Shown one piece after another: positions 1 through 7,578 of a DNA stretch of 64,000 bases (the first letter of the stretch is position 1; every line of letters begins with the position of its first letter). The position numbers were made by a program, and so were the translations under genes. The notes under the pieces were generated by a model. That model saw only the letters and a list, made by a program, of their open reading frames with translations, searched no databases and was not told where the DNA came from. Location of the stretch: the NCBI GenBank assembly GCA_965216785.1, contig OZ244197.1, positions 3,008,001 through 3,072,000 on the forward strand, given 5' to 3'. Source of the stretch: Thermodesulfobacteriota bacterium (lineage in GTDB: Bacteria > Desulfobacterota_D > UBA1144 > Nemesobacterales > UBA2774).

Positions 1-270
1 GCAAAGGAAGGCGGCAGAGTCCTGAAAGCTCTGGGATACACAAAGCGCTACCCATTCCGATTCAACCTGTTCTACTGGTTGCCCGAGATACTTAATGTGA
101 AGGCCGTCCAGGGCCTTCTAGAAAGCAAGTTTGCGGAAGTAGGATTCGCTCTGCATGCTAGGGCGGCACGGGACGAGGTGAGGGTACTCGCAGGTGAATT
201 CCAGAGTCTGATTGACAAGACGTCTGTAGAAACACCGAACATAGACACTCTGAGGAGCTTTATCGCATGA
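1..270 (+). CDS. Ketopantoate reductase-like protein, C-terminal part (runs off the left edge)
   Basis: Frame 1 is open from base 1 (AKEGGRVLKALGY...FALHARAARDEVRVLAGEFQSLIDKTSVETPNIDTL). The tail resembles ApbA/PanE-like family C-termini. Confidence 0.55.
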   Translation, partial: AKEGGRVLKALGYTKRYPFRFNLFYWLPEILNVKAVQGLLESKFAEVGFALHARAARDEVRVLAGEFQSLIDKTSVETPNIDTLRSFIA

Positions 271-286
271 AAGAGAAAGGCCGAAC

Positions 287-311
287 TGACCTGCACCCCT
301 TTTGTTAAACA
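287..311. mobile_element. Solo IS3-family-like terminal inverted repeat remnant
   Basis: TGACCTGCACCCCTTTTGTTAAACA resembles IS3/IS150-group ends (TGA-CTGCACCCC....GTTAGACA). No transposase or partner IR seen. Confidence 0.45.
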
Positions 312-369
312 GGTCTTTGGTGCTTATATGTCTTCTGAATGGTAGTAAAGAAGGGATATAATTTAGTGG

Positions 370-421
370 TATTGTGAGCATAACGTAAGCGTGATGCACA
401 CTATTTTAAGTGGCTGTGATT
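370..421 (+). repeat. 52-bp imperfect direct repeat, copy 1 (copy 2 at 7490-7541)
   Basis: Ungapped hand alignment gives 39/52 identities, including the exact core CTATTTTAAGT. This copy contains the near-palindrome GTGAGCATAACG-TAAG-CGTGATGCACAC. Confidence 0.55.
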
Positions 422-467
422 GCCAAAGAGTTCAATCTCATACATCAAGTTAGAATATCTTTCATCA

Positions 468-773
468 CTAGTTGCCATAGTCGTAGATCAGGACGCCATC
501 TTCAATTTGAGTAGGGAGGATGATCAAGCGGGAATCCGGACGCGCCGGTCCCTTCAGATATTTCCCTTGGTTACAGTCAAATTCTGCGCCATGCCATTGG
601 CAAACGAGCTTCTCACCAACTTTTTTCATCGGGCCGCCAAGGTGCATACATATATTCACAATTGCTTTGGGCTTACCGTGATGCTTATAGACCAGCACCT
701 CACGTCCTAAGAAATCTATCGTTATCGTCCCTTCATCGGGTATATCCTCTTGTTTACAAAGCGGTACCTTCAT
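468..773 (-). CDS. Rieske [2Fe-2S] ferredoxin-like protein
   Basis: CMHLGGP...CQWHGAEFD Rieske motifs. Start moved to the ATG at 773, which follows an AGGGG SD. Confidence 0.9.
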   Translation of the reverse strand: MKVPLCKQEDIPDEGTITIDFLGREVLVYKHHGKPKAIVNICMHLGGPMKKVGEKLVCQWHGAEFDCNQGKYLKGPARPDSRLIILPTQIEDGVLIYDYGN

Positions 774-789
774 GCTAAACCCCCTATTT

Positions 790-981
790 TTATAGTTTGG
801 CAATACAATTGATTTCTACCATAAGCTCAGGGAAAACAAGACGCTCTATGCAGACAATGTTTCTGATGTCATGGCTCACCTTGCCTGAGATATATATAGT
901 ATTTTCTACTTTCACCGCCTGGGAGTAGCCGTAATCCTGCTCCCACGGCATTCCCAGGCTCCTTGTTTCTTTATCGATCAT
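790..981 (-). pseudogene. RidA/YjgF family gene with a large in-frame internal deletion
   Basis: The N-terminus (PWEQDYGYSQAVKVENTIYISG) is fused directly to the C-terminus (IERLVFPELMVEINCIA). It is 63 aa, about half the normal length. Confidence 0.75.
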
Positions 982-1025
982 CTTAATGTCTCATAATGTT
1001 CTTTTGTAAATACTTCATATTTTCG

Positions 1026-1976
1026 CTAATCTATAATTAGATCCAGCGCTGTTGCCCAGCAATGTCCTTTAGTATATAAATCCGCCGCTTTTAACTGATG
1101 CCTCCATTTTTCCAATGTGATCTGAGTGCAAACTTCGCTAACCGCTTCCAGGTAAGTATTGAATGGGATATAAGGCTCCTTGGTTGGATTGTCCTTTCCG
1201 GCAAAGGAAATGGGTGGTTGAGTGATTTGCAGAGCCTTACCGGCATTACTTTGAATATCGATGATGTATTGGTGTGCTGTATCGAACTCCTCGCGTGTTC
1301 CCGGTCTGCCTACATGACCGCCTTGGAAATATTTAAAGTCGTATTCCTTTGCTTGGTCGAAGGCTTGGAAATAGCCGGGGATGCTCGCGGCTACAGCAAA
1401 GTCTTCAAACGGTACCCACCCGGGATAGAGGACATCTACTAACATCAACACCTTTTGTTTCGGCAGATAAATAAATACGTTTCCCGGAGAGTGTTGCAGA
1501 CCAGGATAGGATAATTCAACCTGCTGATTGCCGAGTTTAACGGTATGGTTGTCACTGAAAGTCACGGTCGGCAGCGGTCTATTGGGGTCATTCTTCCTGC
1601 GCAGCTCGTTAGCCGTAAGCTCATGAGCCACACGGATTACATCGTTTCCAAATAGCGAAGACCCGGCTGTATGATCAGCGTGATGGTGACTGTAAATAAA
1701 GTATTTAACAGGTTTGTCAGTTACTTCACGGATAGCATCTTGTAATTTGTCTGCATAAGAACGCGGAGCGTCGACTACAATAACGCCTTCGTCACTGACA
1801 ATAAACATCGAGTTGTAGAGACCGTCAGTAACCCAATAAGCACCTCCGCCATAACTTCCAATATGATAACCTTTCGAGTCTATTACCGGGTTCTTGATCG
1901 TTTGATTGGATGCATATGCCGACCACCCTGATAAAACGATTAAGCAACTGGTTAATACTATGTAGAATATTTTCAT
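1026..1976 (-). CDS. Secreted metallo-beta-lactamase-fold hydrolase
   Basis: Signal peptide, VIVVDAP, SHHHADH (HxHxDH), HSPG and GGH motifs. Confidence 0.85.
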   Translation of the reverse strand: MKIFYIVLTSCLIVLSGWSAYASNQTIKNPVIDSKGYHIGSYGGGAYWVTDGLYNSMFIVSDEGVIVVDAPRSYADKLQDAIREVTDKPVKYFIYSHHHADHTAGSSLFGNDVIRVAHELTANELRRKNDPNRPLPTVTFSDNHTVKLGNQQVELSYPGLQHSPGNVFIYLPKQKVLMLVDVLYPGWVPFEDFAVAASIPGYFQAFDQAKEYDFKYFQGGHVGRPGTREEFDTAHQYIIDIQSNAGKALQITQPPISFAGKDNPTKEPYIPFNTYLEAVSEVCTQITLEKWRHQLKAADLYTKGHCWATALDLIID

Positions 1977-2029
1977 ATCTTTATCTCCTTGTTTTACTCA
2001 TATTCATTTACATCCTTTCACAATCAATT

Positions 2030-2353
2030 CTAGGACTCGAGTGGGAATCCCGCCTCGGTCCAATCCTGCTTACCTTCGACGTACTCGTAAACTTTTTCAT
2101 AGCCTAAAGCCTCAAGAGTCCTGGCAGCTTTAGTTGAGTTCTGACACTCGGTACTAGCACAATAAACTACTATTTTTGCTTTCTTATCGGGAAGCAGCGT
2201 ATCTGCCTTCTCTTCTATTTCCGTATAATCGATCTGTATAGATCCGGGCAGATGCGCCTCCCTCCAGTACTTTTCGGGTAGGGCTTCTACTAAAGTTAAG
2301 CCATGCCCGTTATCTAATGCATTCTTCAATTCGTGTCTCGTAATGTTCTTCAT
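2030..2353 (-). CDS. Rhodanese-like single-domain protein
   Basis: HLPGS, IVVYCASTEC and YVEGKQDW motifs. Confidence 0.9.
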   Translation of the reverse strand: MKNITRHELKNALDNGHGLTLVEALPEKYWREAHLPGSIQIDYTEIEEKADTLLPDKKAKIVVYCASTECQNSTKAARTLEALGYEKVYEYVEGKQDWTEAGFPLES

Positions 2354-2379
2354 TTCAAGACCCCCTTATTTGTTTATTA

Positions 2380-2395
2380 TGTTGCAGCTGCAACA
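2380..2395. promoter_or_regulatory. Putative MarR operator upstream of the rhodanese operon
   Basis: Perfect 16-bp palindrome TGTTGCAGCTGCAACA. A second copy lies upstream of the marR gene. Confidence 0.75.
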
Positions 2396-2537
2396 AATAT
2401 AAACTTATAGATTATTGTTGACGTAAAAAGGATTCAAGATTTATACGTGAGCATAATTACGGCTTTAAAATATTCAGATTTGGGATTAAATAAGATGATT
2501 AAATACGATACAAAAAACCGGAAATAATTTGTTTTGG

Positions 2538-2987
2538 TTATCCTTCGAGAGTTTTTCTAATTCTCCTTATATGTTGTATAAAGTCGTCCAGCTCTTTTTT
2601 ATTAAAGTTAGACAGGAAGTATTCTTTTAGAACATCGTAGTACACAGGCCACATTTTCCTTCTTACGTCACGGCCTTTTTTAGTTATTACAGCAACTACG
2701 CCCCTTGCATCTTCTTCGCAATCCTCTCTTACGACCAGACCTGCCTTTTCAAGCCGTTTAATCGTTCTTGTGACATTATATCTGGTTAGTAAAACTCGAT
2801 TGCCTAATTCAACAAACCTCAATCTCCCGTCATCACTCTTGTCGAGCTCTAATAATACGTCATACCAGGAATAGGGAGGCAAATCTTTATTTTTCAGCTC
2901 AGCTTCAACTTTTGCTAATAGCTTTTCAGATGATAGTACAAGTCCAACCCATGCTTCTGTTTCCTTGCCACTAAGTTTTTTAGTCAT
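2538..2987 (-). CDS. MarR-family transcriptional regulator
   Basis: WYDVLLEL...LTRYNVTRTIKRLEKAGLVVR..C.EDARG winged-HTH signature. ATG at 2987 preferred over TTG at 3005. Confidence 0.9.
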   Translation of the reverse strand: MTKKLSGKETEAWVGLVLSSEKLLAKVEAELKNKDLPPYSWYDVLLELDKSDDGRLRFVELGNRVLLTRYNVTRTIKRLEKAGLVVREDCEEDARGVVAVITKKGRDVRRKMWPVYYDVLKEYFLSNFNKKELDDFIQHIRRIRKTLEG

Positions 2988-3008
2988 AGTGGAAATTTTA
3001 TACAAATA

Positions 3009-3024
3009 TGTTGCACACGCAACA
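3009..3024. promoter_or_regulatory. Putative MarR autoregulatory operator
   Basis: TGTTGCACACGCAACA has the same arms as 2380-2395 and overlaps a TTGCGT-N16-TAAAAT promoter on the minus strand. Confidence 0.7.
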
Positions 3025-3162
3025 ATTTTGTTTTATAAATATAAATACTAATGTGATTGTGATTACCTCAAGGTACATGAAAGATCACATAATTATATTT
3101 ATCTACGTGAGCTAGTCCTAGTATAAAAACATAGCATTGTTATAAAATGATCAATACTTGTA

Positions 3163-4041
3163 TCATTGGGAAAAAGCCGTTTCTAGCCAAGATAGAAAAA
3201 TTCGTACTTTTTCTTCCTTTCGTTTTTCAGGTATGCAAAGAGCTGTATAGGATGCACCGTCAAGCTTCACGTCTGCGCGATATGGAGTTAATAAATTACG
3301 GCTAACCAAGTCGTCGACAAGGACAGAACTTGCCAGTGCTATTCCCTGACCAGCCATTGCAGCTTGTAATACATGCTCTTCTTCAGCAAATCTTAATAAC
3401 TTAGGATCATCAATCTTTATGGCTGCTGCTCCAAGCCATCTGTCCCAATTTACATCAGACATAACTTCTTGCTGCCAAGCCGTTTCAATGAGTTGCAAGT
3501 CTTTTAGTCCTTCATCAAGCGGAAGCAAATAAGGTGAGACATATGCACCAAAAGTTTCAGTGATCAATGTTGTAGCATCCAAATCCTCATATGGTCCATG
3601 GCCATAACGTATCGCAATATCTACTCTTCTATCTTGTTTAAGGTCGATTGGCTTAGTTGTGGTATCCAGCTGTACACTATAGTTTGGATTTGATGCGTAT
3701 AGCTCTGCCAGCTTTGGTACCAGCCGTAATGTGGCAAACGATGCGGTAGTAGAGACATTGATAACAGTCTCAAGCGAAACTATGTGTTCCAATCCGTTAC
3801 GAATGTCTAAAAATGCGCGTGTTAGGATAGGCGCTAGCTCCTTACCAGCGGTAGTGAGCTCGATTGATCGCACCTTTCTGACGAATAATGAAATATTTAG
3901 CTGGGATTCAAGTGTACGTATTTGATGTGATACCGCAGCCGGTGTAACAAATAATTCCTTTGCTGCCGCTTTAAAACTTCCTAGTCTGGCAGCAGATTCG
4001 AATGTCCTTAGGATAAATGGTGACGGTATGCGGCTAAACAT
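3163..4041 (-). CDS. LysR-family regulator, GcvA-like
   Basis: LRTFESAARLGSFKAAAKELFVTPAAVSHQIR HTH, plus DIAIRYG and AAMAGQGIAL. Confidence 0.92.
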   Translation of the reverse strand: MFSRIPSPFILRTFESAARLGSFKAAAKELFVTPAAVSHQIRTLESQLNISLFVRKVRSIELTTAGKELAPILTRAFLDIRNGLEHIVSLETVINVSTTASFATLRLVPKLAELYASNPNYSVQLDTTTKPIDLKQDRRVDIAIRYGHGPYEDLDATTLITETFGAYVSPYLLPLDEGLKDLQLIETAWQQEVMSDVNWDRWLGAAAIKIDDPKLLRFAEEEHVLQAAMAGQGIALASSVLVDDLVSRNLLTPYRADVKLDGASYTALCIPEKRKEEKVRIFLSWLETAFSQ

Positions 4042-4051
4042 AATTATCTCC

Positions 4052-4076
4052 TATAGATTAGTTATACTAATCTATA
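4052..4076. promoter_or_regulatory. LysR/GcvA-type operator between divergent lysR and ridA
   Basis: Perfect inverted repeat TATAGATTAG-N5-CTAATCTATA, containing ATTAG-N5-CTAAT and T-N11-A. Confidence 0.75.
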
Positions 4077-4180
4077 ATCAAATTATTCTCCTTTGTCAAT
4101 TGAATTATACAAAAGTATAATACATCTATAATGATGCTTACAGAGAGATATCTGAAAGACTTTTACAAAGGAGAAATAGA

Positions 4181-4594
4181 ATGAAAATTGAAGGTATATC
4201 CACTCAACCTGACCCCTACGCACCATACCTGCTGTCGCAAGCTATAAAAGCAGGTCCGTTCGTGTTCGTCTCCGGACAAGCTGGTTATGATAGCAATTCA
4301 AAAATCGTGGAAGGTGGTTTCACTGCTCAAGGTGAGCAAGCATTCAAGAATTTAAATCGGGCTCTAGTGGCTTCTGGAAGCTCATTAGAAAACGTTTTGA
4401 AGGTCACGATATTCGTAACGGATATGAGCCACTTCAAAGATGTGGTCGATCTACGAAGAAAATATTTTTCAGAGCCCTATCCTGCGGACACAATAGTTGA
4501 GGTTAAAGCACTCTATTCCCAGGAAGTAATGATAGAAATAGAGGCCGTCGCGCTAATAAGCAGGAAAGATGAAAGTACCCCAGATTCTATATAG
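4181..4594 (+). CDS. RidA/YjgF/UK114 family protein
   Basis: SQAIKAGPFVFVSGQ, NVLKVTIFVTD and MIEIEAVA motifs. PADT sits where imine deaminases have the catalytic Arg (PARS). Confidence 0.9.
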   Translation: MKIEGISTQPDPYAPYLLSQAIKAGPFVFVSGQAGYDSNSKIVEGGFTAQGEQAFKNLNRALVASGSSLENVLKVTIFVTDMSHFKDVVDLRRKYFSEPYPADTIVEVKALYSQEVMIEIEAVALISRKDESTPDSI

Positions 4595-4631
4595 GGACAA
4601 GTATATGAAACTCAGGCTTATGGGGGTTTAA

Positions 4632-5768
4632 ATGAGGCATACGGTTAGTAGTAACGAGCACGAATACCTTAAATTATTCACTATCGCACAGATAATTAAT
4701 TATCTGAAAACCCATGATGAATTCGAAAATTTTAAGGATCTCTTACTCAGAGATAATACACCGCTCAAAGAAGAGATAGTACCGGAAAATAATTTTGAGG
4801 GAATCGTTGGTGCGAGCAAATTATTAAAAAAAGCTCTTAGTAAAGTTAATATGGTGGCGGATACGGATGCGACAGTTCTAATAAGGGGCGAAACGGGTAC
4901 AGGGAAGGAGCTCATAGCGCGCGCAATTCATAACAATAGCCCCAGGAGGGACCGGCCGTTGGTCAAGGTAAACTGTCCCGCCATACCCCAAGGACTCTTG
5001 GAGAGCGAGATGTTCGGGCATGAAAAGGGGGCGTTCACCGGTGCGCTCGCAAAGAAAATCGGCAAGTTTGAGCTTGCTGATGGTGGAACTATATTTCTGG
5101 ACGAGATGGGAGACCTGTCGCTTGATGCTCAGGCAAAGCTCCTCAGGGTGCTGCAGGAAATGGAGTTTGAGCGCGTGGGCGGTACAGAGACGATCAAAGT
5201 GGACGTGCGCGTAATTGCTGCTACAAACAGGGATTTGGAAGCTCAGGCGAAAGAGGAGAAATTTCGGAGAGACCTCTATTACCGTTTAAATGTGTTTCCC
5301 ATAGCTATTCCCCCCCTTTCGGAGCGTAGAGAAGATATACCTCTCCTTGCAATGTATTTCACACAGAAGTACGTGAATAGGTTGGGTAAAAACATAATGT
5401 CAATCAGCGATGACACCCTAAATAGGTTAAAGAGTTATTCATGGCCGGGAAATATCAGGGAGCTTGAAAACATAGTCGAAAGGGCAGTGATTCTCACGAC
5501 TGGCAAAGAGCTTGAGATAGGAAGGGAGCATTTCGGTACTTCTTCTGAAGCGGCAACCTCAAAGGAGGGCTCCCATGTAAAATTGGAAGATATAGAACGC
5601 AATCATATAATAAGTATATTGAATAAAACAAATTGGCAGATCCATGGGGAAAAGGGAGCTGCTAAAATACTAGGTATCAATGCCAATACGCTCAGGAGCC
5701 GTATGGCAAAGCTTGGTATAAAAAAGGTACTAAAAGTATCTGACCAAAAGCTCAAGTTTCCTTTATAA
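4632..5768 (+). CDS. Sigma-54-dependent enhancer-binding protein (FhlA/NifA-like AAA+ and HTH) lacking a sensor domain
   Basis: GETGTGKE, ESEMFGHEKGAFTGA, FLDE, FRRDLYYRL, WPGNIREL and a C-terminal HTH. Only about 55 aa precede the AAA+ domain. Confidence 0.9.
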   Translation: MRHTVSSNEHEYLKLFTIAQIINYLKTHDEFENFKDLLLRDNTPLKEEIVPENNFEGIVGASKLLKKALSKVNMVADTDATVLIRGETGTGKELIARAIHNNSPRRDRPLVKVNCPAIPQGLLESEMFGHEKGAFTGALAKKIGKFELADGGTIFLDEMGDLSLDAQAKLLRVLQEMEFERVGGTETIKVDVRVIAATNRDLEAQAKEEKFRRDLYYRLNVFPIAIPPLSERREDIPLLAMYFTQKYVNRLGKNIMSISDDTLNRLKSYSWPGNIRELENIVERAVILTTGKELEIGREHFGTSSEAATSKEGSHVKLEDIERNHIISILNKTNWQIHGEKGAAKILGINANTLRSRMAKLGIKKVLKVSDQKLKFPL

Positions 5769-6702
5769 ATTTATCTATTAGTTTTCCGATCTGCTCAGGC
5801 GCATCCTCATGGCAGTAGTGCCCAACTCCTTCGAGACGATGAATATGGCTGTTCGGAAAAGCTTCATTAAAGAGTGGAAGGAAGTACTTTGGCTGAAGGG
5901 TTTGGTCTGCCATACCCCAGATAGCCAAGGCAGGCTTGCGAGAAAGCTCTCTTATGGTAGGTGGATCACCCACCTCGAATCTGTGCGCACCCTCCGCAAA
6001 TCCCTTCGCCCAGCCGATTGCGCCCAGGCAATACTCCGGTACCCTGAACGGATCGCGATAAGCGCGTAACCAGGTATCTGTGATCACCTCATTGCGCTCG
6101 AATCCGTTTAGCTTCAGAGTGCTGAGAATGTTGTAATCGAGCTGCCCGAGAATCTGCTCTAAAGTACCGTCCTCATAAGCTTTTGCGATCCAGCTAAACC
6201 ATGGGGAGCTAGCCCCGTTTTTTTCAAGAGCGTCAACGAGACCCGGCTGACCAAGCGGTGTGGGTCCGTTGGTGCTGATGATCCGTTTAATGCGATCCGG
6301 GTGACGAATGGCTAAACCAATACCTGTCGGTCCGCCAAAGTCATGCATGACGAGCGTGATATCTCTTAAGTTGAGGTCTAGGACGAACCGCTCCAGGTTG
6401 TCGATGTGGTCCTGAAGTAGATAGCTCCTATCCTGGGGCGTATCGCTTTTTCCGAAGCCCATATGGTCGGGTGTGATCACTCTATATCGCGGCGAAAGGT
6501 CATTGATGAGTTTCCTAAACAGGTATCCCCATGTCGGCTCACCGTGAAGAGCAAGAACAGTTTCACCATTACCCTCCTCCACGTAGTGCATCTGAAAGCC
6601 CGGCGCACTGGTGTAGCGGGCTTCGAAAGGCCACGTGCCGTCGAAGGTCTCCTCGGATGGTACAGACATTCTCTCAAGCAGTTTGTTTCTCATTTTTACC
6701 AT
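5752..6702 (-). CDS. Alpha/beta hydrolase, haloalkane dehalogenase/OleB-like
   Basis: LHGEPTWGY, PDHMGFGKSD, MHDFGG (Asp nucleophile) and GHYCHED motifs. Confidence 0.85.
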   Translation of the reverse strand: MVKMRNKLLERMSVPSEETFDGTWPFEARYTSAPGFQMHYVEEGNGETVLALHGEPTWGYLFRKLINDLSPRYRVITPDHMGFGKSDTPQDRSYLLQDHIDNLERFVLDLNLRDITLVMHDFGGPTGIGLAIRHPDRIKRIISTNGPTPLGQPGLVDALEKNGASSPWFSWIAKAYEDGTLEQILGQLDYNILSTLKLNGFERNEVITDTWLRAYRDPFRVPEYCLGAIGWAKGFAEGAHRFEVGDPPTIRELSRKPALAIWGMADQTLQPKYFLPLFNEAFPNSHIHRLEGVGHYCHEDAPEQIGKLIDKFIKET

Positions 6703-6853
6703 CTATCTATATTCAAACACCTGTTAATGCTTTAGTTAACCAGAATATGAAAAAGATTCCGGCTATAGATTTAAAATTAAATTTATACGGTGAACGGGAA
6801 TATCTAGTCCAGAATTGTTATTAAAATGGTCTGCATTCTATTAGATTAATAAA

Positions 6854-7267
6854 CTAAGCTTCTGGAACATTGTGGTCAAGCGCGCGTGATATTTGAGCCG
6901 TGTCCGCATACTGACGCATCCGCGTCAGTTTACCGTGTGAAACGTCCCATAAATGAGCAAAAGCTGAGGGCATATCCTCCCCCGTTAACTTAGATGGCGT
7001 GTGATAAGTACCAATCGATATTACCAAATTATTACCCGCATCTATATACTCATGTATTTCGAGCGTAAAGGGGTCAAGAAGTGCCCAGACTTTTGAGAAA
7101 AAATCGTTAATTGCGGAATCCAATCCCGAATATGTACCACCATAAGGCCAACCTTTCATCATTACAAGCTCGATGTTTTGATCTAAAACAGTTGGCAGTT
7201 GACTCGGCACACCACTCATTAAGATTTCATAAAATTTCTTTACTGTTTCTATGTTGTCGGAAGACAT
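6854..7267 (-). CDS. SnoaL/NTF2-like domain protein
   Basis: PYGGTYSG...EYIDAG...FAHLW...RMRQYADT pattern, with a GGAGG SD. Confidence 0.85.
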   Translation of the reverse strand: MSSDNIETVKKFYEILMSGVPSQLPTVLDQNIELVMMKGWPYGGTYSGLDSAINDFFSKVWALLDPFTLEIHEYIDAGNNLVISIGTYHTPSKLTGEDMPSAFAHLWDVSHGKLTRMRQYADTAQISRALDHNVPEA

Positions 7268-7489
7268 GTTGTATCCCTCCTAATACTTACCCATATCACA
7301 ACATTAAAATTTGATCAAGATTTTTTGTCTGTCTCAAATAAGACTTCCTAGAGAAATCAATATGGTAGGCTTTGAATACTGACTTTACTTAATTTCGATT
7401 GACTGTAGTACGGCACATTTTTTAATTAGCTCAACTTTGACCAATATATACTTTCCGAATCATAGAAAAGAACGGCTACAAAATTCCTT

Positions 7490-7541
7490 TATTTTGATTA
7501 CAATGTCAGTATGATGTGCTCTATTTTAAGTTGCTTTGATT
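7490..7541 (+). repeat. 52-bp imperfect direct repeat, copy 2 (copy 1 at 370-421)
   Basis: TATTTTGATTACAATGTCAGTATGATGTGCTCTATTTTAAGTTGCTTTGATT aligns without gaps to 370-421. Confidence 0.55.
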
Positions 7542-7578
7542 TTTGACAATTTACTTCTTGTATCTAAGTTTAATTCTA

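Noticed and set aside
2444-3112. TACGTGAGC on both sides of marR, and GTGAGCATAA shared with 374-383
   Set aside because: These 9-10 bp matches do not extend and are too short to call target-site duplications.
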